A stretch of 63,784 bases of DNA, the filler included, from Intoshia linei (taxonomy: Eukaryota; Animalia; Orthonectida): the NCBI GenBank assembly GCA_001642005.1. It is 5 parts of 5 records of this genome, joined end to end, with 100 filler letters (N's around TTAATTAATTAA, not from the genome) between each part and the next. Parts side by side here need not be neighbours in the genome. Positions count along the whole stretch, not along the records: positions 1 to 6,081 come from LWCA01001711.1; positions 6,182 to 25,217 come from LWCA01000751.1; 3 more parts are not named here. One strand, 5' to 3'. Positions 1 through 20,300 of this stretch are shown piece after piece. The number at the start of each line of letters is the position of its first letter. The first letter of the stretch is position 1. A program made the translations under genes and the position numbers. Under the pieces are notes generated by a model. It was not told the DNA's origin and ran no database searches. It was given only the letters and a program-made list of their open reading frames with translations.

Positions 1-73
1 AGTTTTTCTATTTTAAAAATACACACTTTTAGTGCTAATTTCCCTTGATTCTTTAATGGGTGTGACACCCTAA
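1..73 (-). mobile_element. End of a TAGGGTGTC-terminated DNA element
   Basis: Reverse complement closely matches 42757-42826 (TAGGGTGTCACAC..AAAGAAT.AAG..AATTAGCACTAAAA..TGTATTTTTAAAA.AGAAAAACT). Confidence 0.75.
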
Positions 74-185
74 TGTTCACATTAAAGTTTAAAATGAATT
101 TGTTAAAAAACTAATCCCTTCTTGTTTATACATAAGTAGATTACATATAGTGGACTGTAATATTGTTATATGTTTTGACATTTAG

Positions 186-5638
<5,453 letters not shown>

Positions 5639-5785
5639 AAATTTATTTTTACATATATTTTGTATATAAAAATGACCGGAACCTAGGTTCACGTGTCTTT
5701 AGGATGCTGTATTTTAGATACATGGTAAAAAATTAAATGTGTTAATACATAGTATTTATGTATTATATACAGTAGGGTTGTCCAC

Positions 5786-6081
5786 TAGGGTGTCAACATT
5801 TTACATTTTTTTTAGATTTTGCTTGCCGCTTAGGGCTAATTCGGTTCACATCAATAAATTATTAAAAATGGCTCAATTTTAATAAATAACTAAGGATTGA
5901 GTCCGCAGGAAGACATTAAAAATTTCAGAAAATTTTTAAGAAATAATTATAATACATTTACAATATTATAAATCATTATTATTGAAAACATTCATTATTG
6001 ATACTATTTTTTGTCATTCGTCTTCTGTATCAGATATGGTAATGGCTTTCTTGAATTTCATTAATGCTCTCTCCGCTGGGT
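5786..6081 (-). mobile_element. hATm-like element end with transposase C-terminal tail, truncated by the gap
   Basis: TAGGGTGTCAACATTTTACATTTTTTTAGATTTT(T)GCTTGCCGC.AGGGCTAA is nearly identical to 25164-25217. The minus strand reads PAERALMKFKKAITISDTEDE*. Confidence 0.6.
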
Positions 6082-6181
6082 NNNNNNNNNNNNNNNNNNN
6101 NNNNNNNNNNNNNNNNNNNNNNNNNTTAATTAATTAANNNNNNNNNNNNNNNNNNNNNNNNNNNNNNNNNNNNNNNNNNNN
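6082..6181. other. Artificial 100-nt gap spacer
   Basis: N44 + TTAATTAATTAA (stops in all six frames) + N44. Confidence 0.98.
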
Positions 6182-6813
6182 ACTGTATTGATATTCCAAT
6201 AAAATAGGTTTAGTAGTACATAATTTATAATAAATTTATAATAAATATATTAAGAATAAATAAAAACAAATTAATTGTATTAATTCAATTTACCGTTATA
6301 AATTTTAAAAATTATAAAAATTTTTATCGATTGCCAACCTTACGGTACTTTCTTCAAATGTGATTTTTAAAAAAACTGGCGAAATTTTTGTAATATGGGG
6401 CCTCATTTTTCAATATCAACTGTTTTGTGAGTTAAATTTAAAATTCAAAAGTAAAGTCTAAAGTTTGGAGTTCAGACATGTGGAGCGGTGGTTAAAATTT
6501 ATTTTTAGTTATAATTCACAATTGTGCCCTTTGACATAACATTGAAGCTTTTGCTGTTTGGTCCCAGAATTGTAAATTCTGAGTATAGACTGGAGAATAG
6601 TAGAGAGAAAATTGTAGTTTTAAAGTAAAGTGGCCAAATTAATACGTATTATCATTTTTAGTATATTTTGTATACATTTTAAGCCGAAAATTTTTATTCG
6701 TCATCGTAGATAAGTAGTTTTGGCTTTACATTTAACACCAAATAAACTAAAATTGATAATACGTATTTTTTCTGGCCACTTTATTTAAAGTGAATAATAA
6801 ATTTAAATTCAAA

Positions 6814-7759
6814 ATGAATTTTCTGAATGTATTCAAATCTTTAAAATGTATTCCTTTCAGGAATATATCATGCACTCCACTTTGTAAGTTTTATTATGCT
6901 TTAAAATATAAACATTTTGATAAACATTTACAAAAGTTTGATTATATTTGTAAAAACCATATATTAATTTTGTATATACATTTTTAACTGCATTATTTAT
7001 AATGTTTAATGTCCACGTATGTTGAATAATATTTTCTGGGTCAAATATTCTTCATCACTTAATATTTTATCAATTTTTGAATTAAATTTAAAATGCGTTT
7101 TTATTTGAGTAATGGATATGAAATGCAGAGCCGAGCAAAGCTCGAGGCCACTCGAAAATGAAAAATATTCGAAAACGATGCGTACTGTCATATATCCTTA
7201 GTGACTAGGGTTTAGTCACTTTCCAAGGTGCTTAACTTGATATTTTAAATGTATTATAGAGAATGGTTACGAAGTTCAAGAATATAATGTTTTTAAATTC
7301 TATATAATTCATCGGATTTATTTGTATGTGTTGTAATAAAAAGTGGAAAAATTTTTATGGATTAATTAGTGGATAGAATTGTCTACCCTGATGTAAATGG
7401 CTGTCAACATGTATAATAATATATATTATTAGCTTTAAAAAATATACTATTAATTACAGTTTTTAGATTTAGCACGATTGCGTTTAGTTAACGATCCACC
7501 GTTAGAAACTGACAAGAAAAAATTAAATTCTCACCTATGTGGCAGTGATTACATTAAGAATACCGAACCAGTCAAATTAGGTAAAGATGATGAATATCCT
7601 GATTGGCTTTGGAATTTACCTCTTGAATTGATATCAACTGAAGAATCGGTCAAGAATTACGACAAAGATACGTGGGGTTACTGGGTTCGTGTTAAAAGAC
7701 TTGAAAAAAGAAGAATAAAAAAATACCATAAAATGAAATTTCAAACTAGACAATTTTGA
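6814..7759 (+). CDS. MRPL54: Mitochondrial ribosomal protein mL54
   Basis: Exons 6814-6883 (basic presequence-like) and 7467-7759. LETDKKKLNSHLCGSDY..PVKLGKDDEYPDWLWNL...YWVRVKR fits the mL54 pattern. Confidence 0.88.
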
Positions 7760-8764
7760 TTTTTGTATATTAAAATTACAAATTATATCTTACTATTACA
7801 CTCTTCCACACAAGTGATGAATACTGAATTTCTGTTTCAGTGATTTAGATTGTAATTAAATATTTCGATTAAAATAAAAATGTGCCCTCGGCAGAGCCAG
7901 GTGTTGTTTGTACGTAGTACATAACAGTAATATATAAGTTATGTTTAACTACTTATCGAAGCCTTAGAAGTAACAAAAAGAGGTCCATAAAACCAAGATA
8001 TTAGTTATTATATAAATGCTTTAAGAATTATATGCATTTTTTGTTGTATAAAAAACACTTTCGTTTTATGAACAAAAAAGATTCAATTGGGAAGATATGC
8101 AGATCTGCCTTCATCGACAAATTCTATTATAAACCCTAATAGCAATCAAATAATCCAAACTTTAAGATCACCTTAAAAATCTTTCAATACGACTAATACA
8201 ATATCTATTTTAATAAGTAATAAAGTTGTCTATTAATTTCTAAAATTTTTTACTTTAAATTTATACCTGTACATTAAAATTATTTTTCCCTTTAAAATTT
8301 TTGATTAATATAGCAAATCAAACTAACAAGGCTTTAATTATATCTCAAACAAAAAAATTTTACACAGGTGCACGGCCTTATTTTTTTAAAAAACGACTCT
8401 AAAGTTAAAAGTGTGCCCTAATATTAATATAGTGATATTATCCCTTTTGATGAATTAATCCAACAGAATAGTTAATTTTGTATTTATTGTGAAATTTGCA
8501 TCAAAAAATAATATTTATAAAGTTATGAAACAGCGAATGAAAGTTATAGGTTTTTGATATATTTTTTAAAAAACTCCCTTTACATTTTTATAAAAATAAT
8601 AATATTCGTAATAACTCATTCTTAAAATCTCAAAATTTTCTTACATATGTAAATAATTTTGTCTGGGTGCACAACAAAAAGTTGGAAATTGTCTATTAGT
8701 GTAATCCAAAGAGTTAATTTGATAATACTTTTATTTATTTTTAAAAATAAAAAATAACATCTAA

Positions 8765-11257
8765 ATGTCGTTTAATTCACTTTACGGAGTCACTCGCATC
8801 AATTTCAACAAATATTATGGTGCGACTATAGTTGGATTTTTATATATGGCTTGGCCTCATGAAAAAATAGTCAGAAAGCGTATTCTTTCAAATTGTGAAG
8901 ATAAAAAGAATCCTTATAATATGACACCATACTTAGAAAAACTCATCGATGATGTAATATATTTTAATCTTAATTAATTACATTTGACTGGTCTACCCTA
9001 TTTTATCTAATTATGACGAGTCACTCTGTATATATAGCTATATTCAATGAACATTGTAATACTTCAGTGTGTAACATACCATATGTACTACATGTTGTAA
9101 TATCAGTTAGCACGTGAAAATTTGTATTATTAATTTCGTATATAATGTACATATCAGTGGTTCTAAAACTTAGGTGGACACGCTTAGGCAAGGTTTGAAC
9201 ATTTTGGGAGTATTTGAAATTTTGATATTTGTATAAATTTTTTTTTCACTTATAAATAAATGGTAAATAATACTTAAATTTTACTGTAGTAATTTAAATG
9301 GTTGTCGAGTTATAAAATATTGATCTGGAGAGTAAACTTAAAAGGTGAACTTTTATTCCTTTTTTGTGAGAAAGAAATAAATTCATGTTTACGTGTTAAT
9401 AAAAAAATAAAATGAACATTATTTTTATGAGACAATCATTTTTATAATCTATCCTGGTGTGTTACATAAAAAAGTTTAAGAACGACGGGTATATATTTTA
9501 ACATTTTCATTTTAGTTGCTTTTATACAACTTTATACCATACCGTTCTGAATTAAATTTAACGCCCTACCTTTCAAAAACTTTACATGTTGCCACTGATG
9601 GAAATCTCAAAATTAGAGTTTCGTCTTTAGGAATACCATCATATTTTAAATTTAAAGACAAACAAGAGATATTATCTTCTGGATTAAAAATATGCAGTAG
9701 TGAATCAAACATTGATTTGAAAAAACCACAAAACTCTGATATATTAGACTGTATGTGTTTAAGTGAAGAAGCTAAAAAGGTTTATTTTATTAGTACTTTA
9801 TTTTCTTTATCTCGTTATTTTTTATAGTTTTATGATTTATACTGTATTATGAAATTTTAAAGTTAATTATAAATAGTTTATGGTGGATAGATTCTTACCT
9901 CTGCATTTTTGTCAAACTTCTAATTTGTCGAGGTGTAGATAAAAAAATATTATACTGCGATTTATAAAATATGTAATTGTAGCAATGGAAATTGATAACT
10001 GAATATTACCTGTATAAATATTTTTTTAAATTTTGCGACTTTATAATTTAAACATTCCAAATATTAAAATATCGAAAAATTCATAATATTAATTGTTAAT
10101 ATAATCTTTTTTCAATAAAATAGATGCCTAAGATTATGATGAATAAAAATAACAATTAAACACGTGAGAATGATGAAATATTAATCAATTTATTTGGAAC
10201 TTTTTGTCATTATAAGTTACTTTCTCGACATAAATTTTATTTTTACCGCAATTTTTGAAATTTATAACAGGTAATATTTATTTTATTATTATCGTACTTA
10301 AAATGATTGATATATTTTTGCTTTGAAAATTCTTACTATACATTAATTTTCAATAAACATGGGAATTTTAATTTTATTATTTAGTTTGGAATCATTAGAG
10401 GAATGTTGGAGCTGAGTCAGATGTATGGTCTTGTGCGACTTTTTTCATTTTCTCTTTTTTCAGCTTCTGGATATGTTTTATATCATGAAATGATTAAAAA
10501 ACTAAAGTACAGATATGGATTTAAACGCTTGAAAAGCTTGATTGCAATACCTATTGGTATTATAATGATTGGTGCACATATCTTGACTATGGATCAGTAT
10601 TTGCAATGGAATGATTTGAGAATCGATACAAATATAGCTCTAATAGGTTATTATTGTTGATTTTATGCATTATCTCTGTTTGCCTTTGTGTTGAATACAA
10701 AATTGTTAATGATTGGAATCTTTTCTTTTTTTGTTTGTTTCATAATTGAATTTAATAGGTCTGGATGGATGAGTTCATAAAAATTTAAAATAATAATATC
10801 GTCCTGTTAATTTTAGAAGGTAATGGATTTATAGTGGTTATTATCAATTATAATTGATTCAAAAAAGTTTATCGATAATACCTAATAGAAAATGTTCCCC
10901 ATAACAACCAAATTAACAGTAATACTAATATTGCTAGTGGAAACTTGTCACTCATTACTTATATTTATTATAGGACCCGAAATATCAAAAGGAGGTGTTG
11001 AATTTCTTAAAAAACAGCAAAAATTAAAAAAATATATTTTCGATTATAATAGAAGAAAATGCTATGGTTACAATGAACCATTTAACCAACATGGAGAAAT
11101 TTTGTATCTACCTTCGTATCGCCAATTAGATACGCATTCTCGAGTAAAAAATTTGAGTAAGATTATTGAATTATTTGAGGAAAAAAAGATGACTCCTAAA
11201 AAAATATCAAAACCTAATGATATTAATGAATTAATGGGTAGATTTACTAAACATTAA
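8765..11257 (+). CDS. TMEM177: TMEM177-like mitochondrial membrane protein
   Basis: Exons 8765-8953, 9516-9779, 10385-10646, 10974-11257 join in phase. Motifs LGIPSYF, LSEEAKK|FGIIRG, two hydrophobic segments, GPEISKGGVEFLKK. Confidence 0.8.
9155..9488. mobile_element. hAT-type MITE in TMEM177 intron 1
   Basis: TIRs CAGTGGTTCTAAAACT / AGTTTAAGAACGACGG; TSD GTACATAT / GTATATAT. Confidence 0.75.
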
Positions 11258-11396
11258 TTTAAATAAATTATTAAATCTATTATCTAAATTCAAAATTAAT
11301 GGAAACAATAGATACAGTGGTCGCTCTCAAAAGTCGGTACTTATTGACAGAGTTTTTAAAGTTTTATTTAAAATGTGTTTAATATGCTACAATAAT

Positions 11397-14300
11397 TCAT
11401 TTTTTATTTTGTATATGCTTATAAGTATCCATATTTTCTGAAGGTTCAGTAAATATAGATGTATCATCTTGAATCAGATTTGGAGTAGAATGTCTTATTT
11501 CATTAAGCCTATCAATTTTAATTAATTTAATTTTATATATTCTTAAAATGTAACAATTTAAAATAATATTATCAATCATAATTTATGATTCACATTATTG
11601 TGTTTAACTTAAAAAATAAAAGTCCCGACTCGGGATTCCCGACCTCATAAATTATAAAGTAGAATATAAACTAAAATCGATTTTCAAAGAAATTATAAAT
11701 TTTATTTGAATTAATCACTTAATGCATTCATTCAATACCTGCACCCTGAAGTAAAAAATGTTAAGAAACAGTGATGTATAGTAAAGATTTTCTTGTTAGT
11801 CAAAATTATTTAATTCTAATGGAGAAAAGATTGAGAAACATGGTTTTAAATGTTTACTAAATATTACTCTGGTATTTTGAGATTATCACTCGATTTTGAT
11901 TCGTTCATTAATTTGATTAAACCAGAATAATTTCTATAATTTGAAAATTAATTTTAATTATGTTTATATTACTTTGATGTTGATTTTGTAGGTATAGGTG
12001 GTGTGCTTTCATGGTATTGGTCTAATGAGGGTAGAGATTTTCTAAAAGAAAAAGTTTATAAATTATTTTTAATTTCTTACCTAACTGTTGAATAATCCAT
12101 TGAATCAAAAGATGACGTTGAAATTTTATTCATTTCTTCATTTAGTTTTTTTTCCAACATTGAAACCAAAATCTATAATCAAATTTTAATAATGGTTACT
12201 GATGAGTACAACGTTTACCCGCGTGGTGGATTGAATTTTTTAAATACATATTTGAGTTATGAATTTTAAATGGATCATAATCATACATATTATAAAACAG
12301 TTTAAGAAATTTTTATTTACATTATAGTCATTTTGTCAATGGTCTTATAAATATGTTCTTAATTCAAAAACTGAATCATTCTGCACGTCACAATATAAAT
12401 GTATAGAGTTAATTTCTATCCCTCACGCCACAAAATTCATAATTGAATAAAGATGGATCATAAAAAAAAATTAAAATTTCGCGTATAATTTTCTCTAGAT
12501 TCCAAATTTATATTTTTTTCCATGTTCCATCGAGGTGACTTGGTGAACATTGAAAACCCCTTTATAATATTTAGATAAATTTTAAATATTTACGTCGTAG
12601 TGTTGAGTGAGTTTGACAAATTTTTGATATTTTTTTTTATGAATTGAAGTCATGTACTTTATTTTTTCAGAAGATAATTTGGATTTTCCGTCTTCTGTCA
12701 TTTTATCCAATTGTATTGCTGCTCTATAATATATTTATATACTTTTAAAATTCTTATCTAACAGAGATACGGTATCCAAAATATGCCCCTTTTCAAGTAA
12801 CATTTTCATTCTTTTTGCTTTATTTAATCTTTCTTTTGTACACAATAAAGGGTAGAATTTAAATAGTAACTAAATTTTAAAATGAGTACATGTCATTAAT
12901 GGAGAAAATTATACTACAGTATTAATATTTAAATTATCCAGTATGTTTAATATTAGGTAAGTTGGACATGAAACCTGTAACTCAGACTGACTTGGAACAT
13001 TAGAATTCTGAGAAAAATGAAAACTACTTTTAGTATACATCCGTTTGGTCCATTCATCCACCCGTGTTTCATTACATCACTATTTTTGATTGGCCACGAC
13101 TAGTGCTGACTATTTATCGAAATTTTTATTGGGAAAAAATTTAAAAATTTAAACCAGAGGTTCCCAAACTTATGTAGTCAATATATTTTTTCAACATCCC
13201 TTGAAAAAATTTTCGACTACGTCGTATAACATTGATTTAGAAATTTACTGAATAATTATTAAGTAAATTTATTGTAATTAACCAATTTTTTTTAATTCAA
13301 CTGATTATGAGATATTAATATAAATAATATTATAAGTGATAATAAAAATTATATACTTATTACTGAATCACTGTTTATCTCAATGAATCCCAAACTTAGG
13401 ATAGAAATATCCACTTAAAACCAAAAAATTTATCAATTATACTAGCCACACTAGGGGTGTGAATTTTTTCACTTTTTTGCAAAAACACAAAAGTGCATCT
13501 CAATACGTGGAAGATGAAGTTGAATAATACACAATTATCAAAAAATTATATAAAAAAGATTAAAAAAACCCTGGTGCAAAACACTTTAAAATATGAATAA
13601 TGAGCAAAATTTAATTTATTTTATATAGTAAATTTCATAGTAATAATTATTTCCATAACAATTAATTTTAAATTTATGTTATTTTATATTTATTCAGTTT
13701 TCTCATTGGAATCTGTTTTTTTATCAATTCGGCGTTCATGATTCGCTAGACGATAATTTTGCGTATCTTTATAGCTATTTGTATAGAAATTTTAATATTT
13801 AAAATAATATTTTTAAGAAAATTGTCATATATTAGTTACTGTGAGCGATACATTGTTCAAAAGTTTAGAGGCGATGCCCCAAGGTTTTTTTAACAGTTGA
13901 GAGGTAAGATTGGGTGCAAATTGAATATTTTTAAAATTTTCATATGGTGAAAGGGTGCACTTTTAATATAAAAATTCGTTCACACCCCTAAGCCCCACAC
14001 TATATTATATTATTATATACAAGTACTATATGTTATTTTTTACAATCGTCCCTAACGAAATGAATCCCCCCTGGAGGCGTAGTGCCCACTTTGAGAACCC
14101 CTGATTTAAACTAACAATAAATACATTAAATTAAAAATTCTCATAATTTATTATGCTCTATTTTGAAAAAAAATTTCTCTAAAGGGTAATAATAATTGCA
14201 TTTTTCTTAAAAGGATTGGTAAAAGTGAATTCTTATCAAAATTAATTGATAGAAAAATTTGTCGAAACGCTTCTATTGATTGTCAACATTAACCATTATT

Positions 14301-17300
14301 CATGTAATGTTGAATCAGTGTCTTGTAAAATATAAAAATTTCAATTTTTGGCTTGCCATCATTATACAAAATGATTAATTTACCATTTCAAAATAACGTT
14401 CATTCAAAATAATATCAAAATTTAACACTGCGTTTTATATACTTCATATGCAGTAGTTGGAAAATATAGAAATGCTAACAAATTTCAAATGTTACCACAC
14501 ACATAGTAAATAAATACACATAAATATTTTAAAATTAATTTAAATGAATAAAAATTTATGCGTTTTACCATATTTTTATCTGTAACGTAATTTCTACCCT
14601 TTTCTTCTTTAAATACACTTTCAGTATAGGTGACAATTGAATTTTCTTCAGGGGTGTGGTGATTTTTTTTTTCATTTTTTTCTTTTTTGATCAGCATTTC
14701 TACCTGCAAATATCAATGATTATCAAGTTAAATATATTAGTTGTGATCAAACGTGCATCAAACAATTGGCATTGGTGAATCTATTTTAAATGGTCAAAAT
14801 TTATAAAAAAATGAAAGGAATCTTGAATTCGATTTTATCGTGTCCAATTGATACATGCTTGAATCAAGATTGATAAACATCAGAAATTTTTGAATATATT
14901 GTATCATAATAGTATGCAAAAAATTTAAATTTAGTCATACTGGATATGCAGTAAGTTTTCCAAAATCGTTAATTGCTTTTAATTTAAAAGTTTGTACATT
15001 AAGTTGATCCGAATAAACTTTGGTAATGTCTTCAGTTTCCAATTTTTTCTTTAATGTTTTAATTTCTTTTCCCAAAATCTTGTTATTTTTGAGGTATTCG
15101 TTACAAAATTGAATTAAGGAATTTGTTATGGTTATACTACGATCTTCTCCCAATTGATATACTTCCTAAAGTGAATAAATATTACAATCGTCTCATCTTG
15201 GTATAATTGTAAATGTACATTTGCATGTGATAATGTGACATCAATGTTAATAAAATAAAAACTAAATACAATGTACATTGAGGCTATTCCATTTTACTAA
15301 TATAAAAATGAAATAGATAGAAAATGAGCGCCACTTAATTTGCTGCAGACTGATATTAATATTTTTCATTTTTATTCAAATTAACCCCCGCATCTGGAAA
15401 TTTAAAGTTTTCATTTTATGATTTCTCAGTTAGTTTATTGAAAATTTTAATAATCTGTTGTGTTAATAAATTTGTCAATAATACCAATTTTAAATTTATC
15501 TGAATCTATAAAACTTTTAAAAATGTCAAATATTGAAATGATTTCATCATTTGAAAGTTTACAAGAAATTTCCGAAATATTTTCATATTATGTTGAATCA
15601 TCGGTTTAATAATGACCATTGAACCTTGTGAAAGATCATTTTCGACATTAATTAATGCTAGTAAACTAACTAATAAATTGAAAATATATCTTAAAAAATT
15701 GGTACGAATTTAAATTAAATTTAACAAACAAATATGATATAAATTTGTTTATAGTTATTTATGTAAAAATGTACTTATGAAAAAATATTCACAAAAGTGA
15801 TAAATTAAATTTTATCATTTTTAAATTTATTTTACTCTTAATATCATAAACTTAACAAAATTATTTTTTTACAATACTACTTAAAAAATATTTGAGTATA
15901 AGCATTTAAAATATTTTGACCCAGTTCATATAAATTCATGTTTTTTTTTGAAATTATATAATTTTTTTAAAAATGGTGAAAAGTTTGTCCGTGAACTGTG
16001 TCTAAAATAAACTATTTTTTATTGATTTTTTTAATTAATATGATTAGTGTCACATGATCTATGTTAGATCTTAAAATTATAACAAATGCATAAAAACTAC
16101 GGGGAAAAAAATGTTACCATATTTTATTAAAATGAAAAATGTTACGAAAACAGAAAAAGGTAAGACTCTGGGTTTTTTTGTGACGAAAATAAAAAAATTG
16201 TATCATTCTGCAGCAAATTAAATTAAGATTATTATCTATATGCGTCTTTCAAATTTCAAAAAAAAGTCCAAATTGGAATAGCCCTAATGTGCATTGTACA
16301 AGTGTATACCTCTGAAACTTTGGATTTAATTTTGTTTGCAAAATTTTGTGTTATCGTATTGTAATGATCTACGGCAGTATGATAGCAAGCTTCACTACTT
16401 TTATATATGCCGTATTTTTCACTATTTGTGGGTTTACTCTATAATATTTCAAGTTAATAATAATATAATACTTAAATTGGTATTATTGATACTATAATTC
16501 TTATTATGATTTATAATAATACTAGCTTGACGAGATTGAAATTTATCTTACTTTCACCCGGAAAAATTTATAATAGAATTGTGGAATATTTAAAATTCTA
16601 AGACTCTTAGCTATTGAAATAAACGATAACAGACAGACAAACTAAGAGTTTTATATAAGTAAGGATATAATTATACCGATTTGCCAGATTTTGATTTATT
16701 TGAATCTTCAAATTTAGTAAATGATTTGTACTTTTTAATAACTTCTCTTTTAGATGTATTTACATATGTATAGGTTCTATATTTTAGTTCTTCACTTTTT
16801 TCCAATTCTTCGTACAACTAAATGTATCTATCAAATTATAATTATAGCATATATATAAAATCAATACATTTATGTTATCTACCAACGAGTATATAAATAC
16901 ATATACAAAACTATAATCAATTCGAAAATTAACTGATATTATGGATTTTTAAATGATTATTCTCAATTTTTCTTATTTATTTCAATGTAATTCAAATTAG
17001 AGATTAGCATACATCATATTTTTGAATTATTGATTATTTAATTATATTTATTCAGCCAATAAAATATAATAGTGCATTATAATAAACTGACATTTTCATT
17101 AATTCAATCATTAAATTTTGAACTAAGGTTTTGTAGCTTAATGGATAAATTTTTTTAATGCGTGGGTAGGATAGATCATTTTAGAATCTAAAATTGACAT
17201 GATTTCTATGTTTGAAAAATCGAAAGAAACTAGTTTGTCGCAACTTTCTAAATTTCCAAAATGTTTACTTATTTAATGGTGCTTTTAATTGTTAATTGGG

Positions 17301-20300
17301 TTTCGATAACTGAGAATTATAATGATGAAATGAATATTATACAAAAAGGGATTTTACGTCAGTGGTTCTCAAACTTTTTTTAGAATTGCCCCCTCATTCA
17401 ATAAAAATTTTAAATTTTCATTAATAAAATGTAATCGTAATACATATGTATATAATATTGTAATCTTAAAAAAAACTTTTAAATTATGTATTTTGTGAAT
17501 ATACACAAATTGCCCCGTTTTATATGAAATTTATTTTCGGGTAAAATATAAAAATTTTTGCTATTTATTACTGCAAAAGATTAAATATGCTTTGCAAATT
17601 GCAATAGAATTTTAACGAAACATCATTACTATTAGTGTTCAGTGAGATTGAGTAGAATGAGAAACGATCCTCCAATATATCTATTTTTGAAAAGATGATA
17701 TATCTACAACGAAACTGAGCACTTCGAACCGATTAAACATTAATTCATAAGGTTTCAATTACTAATTCCGTGATAAACGCTACAGTAATTAGAAAATCAT
17801 AAATGTAGACTTATTTACTAATAATAAACTACTTTCTTTAATTTTCGTAAAACCTCTACACATCTTTTTTGCTATATTACAATACTTCAAATTTAAAAAA
17901 CCTTATTTAGGCGTTTTTTGTACGATTTGATAAATATTTGTATGAATGCAGTATGTGACGTCGCCAAATAGTCAAAAATATCGTTTTGAGATTGATACAT
18001 GTACTCGAATATTCCGGTGTATGTGTTTAATGCTGTTTGAATGGATCTATAATTGATTTGAATGGAATGATATTATCAGTGGGTAACCAATTGCAACTTT
18101 TAAAAAAAATTAAAAAGCAAAAGCCTTATAAAATAAAACTATAATTATCTAATACATCATTTTTTCTAGTAAAATTTTACCTTAACGGTAGATCACGATC
18201 GTATTTTTTATCAATATAAATTAGTATATGTAGAATATAAATTAGGGGTCGGCAACCTTTTGCATCTCGTGGTCACTTTTTTATATCAAAAAATTATATA
18301 GACCTCGTTTTTGAAAATTTACCGTTATTCGTTAATTTAAATTTCAAATAAAATTTTATTTTATAATTACATACTATAATTATAACATGTAATTATAATT
18401 ATAATGATAGCTATCATGCATTATTATCAACCAAAATAAAATTAAACTTTGACATACCAATTTTTTTATCTCAATGTGATTTTTGATCTTGATACTACAA
18501 TTTTTTTTAACAATTTTTGGCATATATTCTTTACTTAAATAAAAATTAATTTATGTGTGTGTTTCTGTGTATAACCATATATTGAAATAATTGACAATCG
18601 CAGGATTTAAAAAAACCGAATTTCTAATACCATTTTTATCCATCTTTCAGTTTCAGTATTTCAGTCCTTCAGGGTCAAAAACACAAATTCCTCTTTTGTT
18701 TAAAAAAATCAACCCAAAAATTTAATAAAACATGCATTCTGAACGCGTTTAAAAATCATTAACATTGTCATTAATCTCAGCCTCAGAAACGCATACCTTC
18801 ATGGTCAAACCGCGAAATTACCCTATTGTTTTAAAAATGAAACATGTTCTAAAATTTTTTAATCATAAATTCTGGGATAGTTCTTAAAATCATAAACATC
18901 ATCATAAATGGAAACCTCAAAAAAATAATTTTCACGATGCAAACCCTATATTACCATTTTTTTTAAAATGAAAACAGATCTAGAATTTAAAAAAAAACAG
19001 ATGGCACAGTTGTATTTTGTTAAGACACAAAATTTTTTAATTTAAATAAGTGACGCCTTCACTGTCAAAAAAGTACTCTAATATTCATTTTTTTATTTGG
19101 AAACTATTTTATTATAAAATATATTTGAAATAATTAATGGTCCTACAATTAACAAAAAGATTGTTCTGATAGAGTTTATTCCAGTTGATATAAATACAAA
19201 ATTTCAACCCCAGAAATCTACGCATTCCAGATGAAAAATAATTTTTAATATATTATCAACCAAAATTTTTCAAATATTTCGATTAAAATTGAAAATGTAA
19301 ATACTGATCCTACAATTTCAAAAAAAATGTGCATTGAACGTCTACTCATTTCCAATAAAGAAATATGGGTGAAAATCTATATAATTTATTCCTTCGGAAT
19401 TTTTTACATTGCTACGCAATTTTTAAATCTCAAATTATCATTGCCAAAAAATTTTGTTTAAAATCTAAATTAAAACTACAACAGCGATTACTGAAAGTAA
19501 TACAACTTTGTTATTATCATTTTTATATTTATTACAATCCTTAGCAATATTCGTAAAATTCAACTGAAATATGGAATAAAGTGCTGATTCCGTTTATTAT
19601 TGATACATAATTGGTATTTTTAAATATGTATTACATTGGTTATTAATAATATATATTATCACAATTGAAAATGACTAAATAGGTTTTTACAATTTTATTT
19701 TGTCTGGAATTTATCCTATTTATGACAATTTTTAGGATTGGAATGTTTTTATTTTATTTTTAACATCCTATATATTGTGAGCTACTGGTTACCGACCACT
19801 GCTGTAAAGTCATATGGATAAAATTTTTTTTGATACCCCCTGGCGCCGACACCCGTGGTTAAGAACCCATACTTTATCAACCTTTTTTAGTACATGAACC
19901 CTTTAGCTATTTTATATTATTCGTGGGCCCTATTATAAAAAAAATCTTAGTCATACGCTACCTTATAAATGGATGCTTGTATTTTGTTTTATAAAATTTT
20001 TGACAATAGTTTTTATACTACTGTTTTATGGTAAACTTCTTGTTTTGACAATATAATAAAACGAGTGCAAATTTGCATTCAAAATAAAAAACATTATATA
20101 CATATATATGTATATACTATATTGTATATATTTAAAATTAAAATATTGTTTTTATTTTTTTTTAAAAATATTTAAAATTTTTAGTAAATAAGTCGATTTC
20201 TTTCTTAAACCTTTTATGATATTTCCTTTTACTTTTCTTAATTTGAATCCAAAAAGGTGTAGACTAAAAATCATTAACGTTCCAATTTAAGTGATGATTG

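Noticed and set aside
6126-6137. TTAATTAATTAA repeated four times as a biological motif
   Set aside because: Always centred in exactly 44+44 Ns; it is a synthetic all-frame stop linker.
6814-11257. MRPL54-TMEM177 as a mitochondrial operon
   Set aside because: About 1 kb apart with repeat fragments between them and no acceptor directly before the TMEM177 ATG; adjacency alone is insufficient.
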